Assembly: GCA_964651905.1 (NCBI GenBank)
Contig: CAZYZO010000001.1
Span: 1 to 36,905 of the forward strand
Length of the DNA: 36,905 nt
Source of the DNA: an uncultured Candidatus Saccharibacteria bacterium
GTDB taxonomy: Bacteria > Patescibacteriota > Minisyncoccia > UBA6257 > UBA9933
Reading direction: 5' to 3'
The notes under the pieces are model-generated. The model was not told where the DNA came from, searched no databases, and saw only the letters and a list, made by a program, of their open reading frames with translations. Position 1 is the stretch's first letter. Each line of letters begins with the position of its first letter. Positions 33,160-36,905 of this stretch are shown here, piece by piece. A program made the position numbers and the translations under genes.

Positions 33160-34544
33160 TTTCTAATAGTACGAATAAATATACTAAAATCTGAAATATT
33201 TATTTTCCCATCGTCGTTGAAATCAATTATTTTTTTCTGACTTTCATCTTTCAATCCCCAATTTGAAAGAAACATACTCCAATCTTTAATATTAACTACT
33301 CCATCACCGCTTAAATCAGTTTTGGGTAGTGTCAGGTGAGACACCACAAAAGTATTCGTGGGCGAGTAATCGCTTTCTCTCTTTTGTTGACTGGCTTGAC
33401 TGCGGTCAACCTGCTTTACCCGTACCTGATGAGTGCCGAATTCCAATATGCCGGTATCTACTGCCACCTTATACGACCCATCTTTTTCTACATTCGCTTC
33501 TTTTTTTATTATATCATCTATTTCAATAATAATAATATTAGTCGGAGAAGCGCTGCCAACAACGATAGCGGGTTGCCCTCGGCTAACCAGTCGTTGCAGA
33601 AGCCCAATAGTGGGTGGCACAAGAATATCTTTTACCACTAAGGCGTTCTCGATAACGCTAATAATAAAAAACTTCGTCTGGGTGGTACGATTATCCTTAT
33701 CCTTAATAAGGAGTCCAAAACTATGTAGCCCCTGCGAGATGCCGACGAAATTTACCTCAAAAGATCCATTCACGTCCGCGACAACATTTTGGCTTATCAC
33801 ATTCTCAAACATCGCTTGTTTATCGACGATGAATATTTTAGCATCCGGGAAAGCTCTTCCAGAAAATGTTACCGTGGTAGGTTTTCTCGCCCCGCCGCCG
33901 CCTCTACCAGACGGAATTGGTCCTGATTCCGATTGAGTTATTAGAGACGGACACTCATCATAATTATTAAAGGCGGTTCCGTTGTTAGTGAGTCTAAAGC
34001 TGTAGGTGGTTCCCGCTGCAACACTACCGGCAGCTTGCAAAGACCACTCGTATTCCGTGTAATCATTTTTAACTAAAGTTGAAGAAGAAGCCGGATTGTT
34101 TAAATCCAGAATTTGTCCAGGAACAAAAGAGCCAGTCGTGATTTGGTTGGTGGTAATATCACCATCACTGAAATTGTCCGATAAACGAAGACTAAAAGTA
34201 TCGCTCGTTGGAGTAATGGCTGTCCAACTGCCAGTAGTACAATCAGTACCCTGTTTAAACTCAAAACAAGGAATAAGGGTACCATCCTCATCAGTAACCC
34301 TGATGCCGAAACGCAATCTAAAAGCAGTTCCGGGGACAACACTAGTAATACTTGTATTTTTATCTTTATCTTTATCCAGGGAACCATAACCAGTGGCCGA
34401 AATTTCTGTGCCATCATCATCTATAAACGTAAAATCTGTCTGATTCCAAACTGTTTCTTTTTCTTTGGCTAATGCAAAAATCGGAAACAAAAACAGAACC
34501 AACGCCAAAACCAACAATGAAGAACGTATATATTGAAATTTCAT
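33156..34544 (-). CDS. secreted protein with C-terminal dockerin-like module
   Basis: Signal peptide. Gly-rich linker SGRGGGGARKP. The C-terminal duplicated Ca-binding segments DLSGDGVVNIKDWSMFLSNW and DFNDDGKINISDFSIFIRTI match the dockerin type-I repeat pattern. Confidence 0.7.
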   Translation of the reverse strand: MKFQYIRSSLLVLALVLFLFPIFALAKEKETVWNQTDFTFIDDDGTEISATGYGSLDKDKDKNTSITSVVPGTAFRLRFGIRVTDEDGTLIPCFEFKQGTDCTTGSWTAITPTSDTFSLRLSDNFSDGDITTNQITTGSFVPGQILDLNNPASSSTLVKNDYTEYEWSLQAAGSVAAGTTYSFRLTNNGTAFNNYDECPSLITQSESGPIPSGRGGGGARKPTTVTFSGRAFPDAKIFIVDKQAMFENVISQNVVADVNGSFEVNFVGISQGLHSFGLLIKDKDNRTTQTKFFIISVIENALVVKDILVPPTIGLLQRLVSRGQPAIVVGSASPTNIIIIEIDDIIKKEANVEKDGSYKVAVDTGILEFGTHQVRVKQVDRSQASQQKRESDYSPTNTFVVSHLTLPKTDLSGDGVVNIKDWSMFLSNWGLKDESQKKIIDFNDDGKINISDFSIFIRTIRK

Positions 34545-34555
34545 TTTATTGGCTT

Positions 34556-34948
34556 TTAAGGACGGCTCTTGGCCGCCTTTCTGCCCTCAAGATAATCTTT
34601 CACTTTTTCAATTACTTCTTGAATCGGGTGTTGGGATTTTACAAAATAGTCATCAGCGCCCATCTCTAAAGCCCGTTTGATTGTCTTATCTTCTCCAAGA
34701 TTTGACAAAACAATCACTGGAATCAATTTCCGTTCGGGATTCTTTTTTATCTCCTCCAACACATAAAAGCCATCCTTTTGGGGCATCAAAAGGTCAAGCA
34801 AAACAAGGCTTGGCTTCTTTTTTCCTATTTTTGTAATTGCCTCCTCTCCATTTTTGGCGATATCAACCGTATAGCCCTCTGCGACTAAATTATCTTCAAG
34901 CGCCCGAATTAAAAAATCTTCGTCTTCAACAATTAATATGTGATTCAT
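34556..34948 (-). CDS. stand-alone response regulator receiver protein
   Basis: ILIVEDED, LVLLDLLMPQKDG. No output domain. Confidence 0.85.
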   Translation of the reverse strand: MNHILIVEDEDFLIRALEDNLVAEGYTVDIAKNGEEAITKIGKKKPSLVLLDLLMPQKDGFYVLEEIKKNPERKLIPVIVLSNLGEDKTIKRALEMGADDYFVKSQHPIQEVIEKVKDYLEGRKAAKSRP

Positions 34949-34965
34949 TTTAGTTTATTAGATTT

Positions 34966-36168
34966 TTAATTTTTATTTCTCGTTTTTGCACCCTTGCTCG
35001 ACCTTTTGGGGATGCGTAAAAAAAAGGTAGAACCTTTATTTTCTTCGGATTTAAATGAAATTTCTGCGCCAATCTTTTCAGCAAGTATTTTAGCGATGTT
35101 AAGACCGATGCCTGTGCCAATTGGTTTCAAAGCTCTTGCATTGGAGGCACGATAAAATCGTCCAAACATTCTTTTCTGCTCATTTTTAGGGATACCGATC
35201 CCGAAATCGCGAACAAAAAATACTACTGCCCCTGATTCTTCCTTAACATCCAAAATCACTTTTTGACCCGGCCTTGAATAATTAATAGCGTTAGAAAGAA
35301 AAGATCTAAGAATTGATTTCAATATTTCTGGGTCTATCTCAATAATAAGTCTCCGATGATTTAATGGGCTTTGTAATAATACTCTCCTCTCTTTGGCTGC
35401 CGGCGTCACTGCAGTTAAAATATCTTTAAAAAGAGATAATACTGAAACTTTCTCTTTTTTTATTAGCGCCGCCTCGCTCTCCAGCCGCAACGTGCTCAAG
35501 ATATCGGAAACAAGCTTAATCATCTGCTCATTAACTTTATAAATATCATCAAGATACTCTTTTTGTTTTTTTGTCATCTCGCCTACAAGCCCTTTATACA
35601 TCGTCTCAATCAACCACTTTGTGCCGGAAAGCGGAGTGCGCAATTGATGAGAGGCAAGTGATAAAAAATCTAGCCTGATTCGTTCCAATTCTTTTTCTTT
35701 AGTAATATCATAAAAAACTTCTACTGCTCCGGTTATTTTTTTATTAAATAGAACGGGGCTTATAACACTACTTGCCGGAAATCTGCTTTTGTCTTTTCGG
35801 ACGTAATAAAAAGTAGGTAGTTTTTCAATATTAGCAGCAACATCAGTAGTAATAGTAGTTATTATTTTTCCTGATAATACCTTTGAGAGGATTCTTTCTT
35901 TGAATATTATTCTATTCCTATTTTCATCTTCCCTTGGGACAAATTTAATTAAAGATTTATCAATCACTTCTTTTCTTTTCCAGCCAGTCAGTACTCCAAA
36001 GCCTTCATTGACATGTATTATTTTCCCATTTTTGTCAACAACCACCAATCCCATTATGGGATCACCGATAGAGGCGAGAATCGCCTCCTGTTCAGCGATT
36101 ATTTTTTCTGACTTGGGAATTCGTCTTTCCCCTTTTTTTTGTTTGTTTTGTTTTTTTATTTTTTTCAT
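34966..36168 (-). CDS. cytoplasmic PAS-domain sensor histidine kinase
   Basis: No TM segments. PAS-like N-half, SLASHQLRTPL H-box, and DFGIGI / GTGIGLNIAK ATP-binding motifs. Confidence 0.9.
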   Translation of the reverse strand: MKKIKKQNKQKKGERRIPKSEKIIAEQEAILASIGDPIMGLVVVDKNGKIIHVNEGFGVLTGWKRKEVIDKSLIKFVPREDENRNRIIFKERILSKVLSGKIITTITTDVAANIEKLPTFYYVRKDKSRFPASSVISPVLFNKKITGAVEVFYDITKEKELERIRLDFLSLASHQLRTPLSGTKWLIETMYKGLVGEMTKKQKEYLDDIYKVNEQMIKLVSDILSTLRLESEAALIKKEKVSVLSLFKDILTAVTPAAKERRVLLQSPLNHRRLIIEIDPEILKSILRSFLSNAINYSRPGQKVILDVKEESGAVVFFVRDFGIGIPKNEQKRMFGRFYRASNARALKPIGTGIGLNIAKILAEKIGAEISFKSEENKGSTFFLRIPKRSSKGAKTRNKN

Positions 36169-36425
36169 AACTCAATAAGGAATTTTTATTTTGATCCCTC
36201 ACAAGCAAAAAGCACTGTTAAAAACAGTGTTTTTATTAAAATTTTTTACCAAAACAAAAAATTGACGAGTGTTGATTATTTTTTATCTCTCGTATTTGGA
36301 TAAGGTTAACATAATTTATTTTATTTTTTACATAACCCATAATTTTATTATATCATAAAAAATAAATTACGAAAAAATACCTGTCAATTATATATAATAA
36401 TATTAAATAATTTCAAACTTGACAA

Positions 36426-36466
36426 TAAAAATGGCTCAGTATTCGTGTTGAGCCATTTTCTTTTTT
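36426..36466. terminator. hairpin terminator downstream of the PAP2 gene
   Basis: AAAATGGCTCA-10 nt-TGAGCCATTTT, with T/A runs on both sides. Confidence 0.55.
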
Positions 36467-36486
36467 AAATTATTAGTTTTAAACTA

Positions 36487-36905
36487 TTATGTTCCCGGTA
36501 ATAATTTTTTAATAATCAAAACGCTTATAAATGCAATTACTATTCCTCCTAAAATATCCATAGGCCAGTGGATGCCGATAAAAATTCTGGCTAGACCCAT
36601 TAAACAAGCACTGACAATAAAAAAAATACCCCAATATTTGCTTATGAAAAATATCGCGAACGCCAAAGCGAAAAAACCAGCTACATGGCCAGAAGGAAAT
36701 GACCAGCTACTCCACGGCAAGGATAGAGGCTGAAATCCTAAAAATACAAAAGGCCTTTCCCGATGCCAAAAAAATCTGAAAAGTTCTGTGAAAATTCCCC
36801 GGCTTAAAATTATTGAAAGTATCGTAAAACTAAAAAAATAAATCTGGGATTTCCAATTTTTCTCTCTAAGAAGCAAAAAAATCGCCAAAGCAACTAAAAT
36901 ATAAG
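36487..36905 (-). CDS. PAP2-family phosphatase (undecaprenyl-diphosphatase-like), probably truncated by the window edge
   Basis: The three PAP2 motifs: FFWHRERP (KX6RP-like), FPSGH, and ARIFIGIHWPMD (SRX5HX3D-like). The open frame continues to the window end upstream of the ATG at 36888. Confidence 0.75.
   Translation of the reverse strand, partial: YILVALAIFLLLREKNWKSQIYFFSFTILSIILSRGIFTELFRFFWHRERPFVFLGFQPLSLPWSSWSFPSGHVAGFFALAFAIFFISKYWGIFFIVSACLMGLARIFIGIHWPMDILGGIVIAFISVLIIKKLLPGT

Noticed and set aside
1-36905. Alternative genetic code (UGA sense, as in some candidate phyla)
   Set aside because: Long conserved genes (leuS, topA, the kinases) are uninterrupted under the standard code. 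TGA is also used as a stop in several ATGA overlaps (9697-9700, 11048-11051, 28358-28361, 33156-33159).

Overview
AT-rich, gene-dense bacterial window. Genes are compact, ATGA start/stop overlaps are frequent, and there are cohesin/dockerin-like surface proteins and stand-alone receiver proteins. I infer a small-genome Patescibacteria/CPR-type organism. The standard genetic code fits: leuS, topA and the other long ORFs are intact.

The right two thirds (about 14.2-36.9 kb) are mostly housekeeping. They carry six tRNA genes (Ser-UGA, Ala-UGC, Leu-GAG, Ile-GAU, Val-GAC, Leu-CAA), leuS, rplS, an RluA-family pseudouridine synthase, dprA-topA, a dCTP-deaminase-like gene and an HtrA-like protease. 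They also carry an SBP-histidine kinase-receiver operon, a PAS kinase-receiver pair and a translationally coupled dockerin/cohesin-like surface protein pair.

The left third (about 0.6-14.2 kb) looks accessory and mosaic.
(i) A radical SAM/SPASM maturase sits with a 60-aa Cys/Asp/Gly-rich precursor peptide in a SCIFF/ranthipeptide-like layout. The cassette has its own promoter and an intercistronic hairpin, and lies convergent to two HExxH proteins of unknown function.
(ii) An orphan trpF-like gene.
(iii) An operon of about 7.4 kb encodes TPP-dependent E1 alpha/beta, a PLP aminotransferase, two ATP-grasp ligases, a Nudix hydrolase and a D-2-hydroxyacid dehydrogenase. It is interrupted by a decayed SDR-epimerase remnant.
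(iv) An NDK-like gene and a frameshifted P-loop ATPase remnant abut tRNA-Ser.

The accessory blocks are separated by a repeated GTGTCTCGGTC-containing noncoding element that includes tRNA 3'-end-like fragments. This suggests stepwise island accretion at tRNA-Ser.

Two other signals stand out. One is a family of about 27-nt imperfect palindromic (REP-like) repeats concentrated at 25.0-27.3 kb. The other is a second, unannotated Cys-containing peptide ORF at 16.4-16.6 kb that needs a -1 shift in an A6 run to be read.
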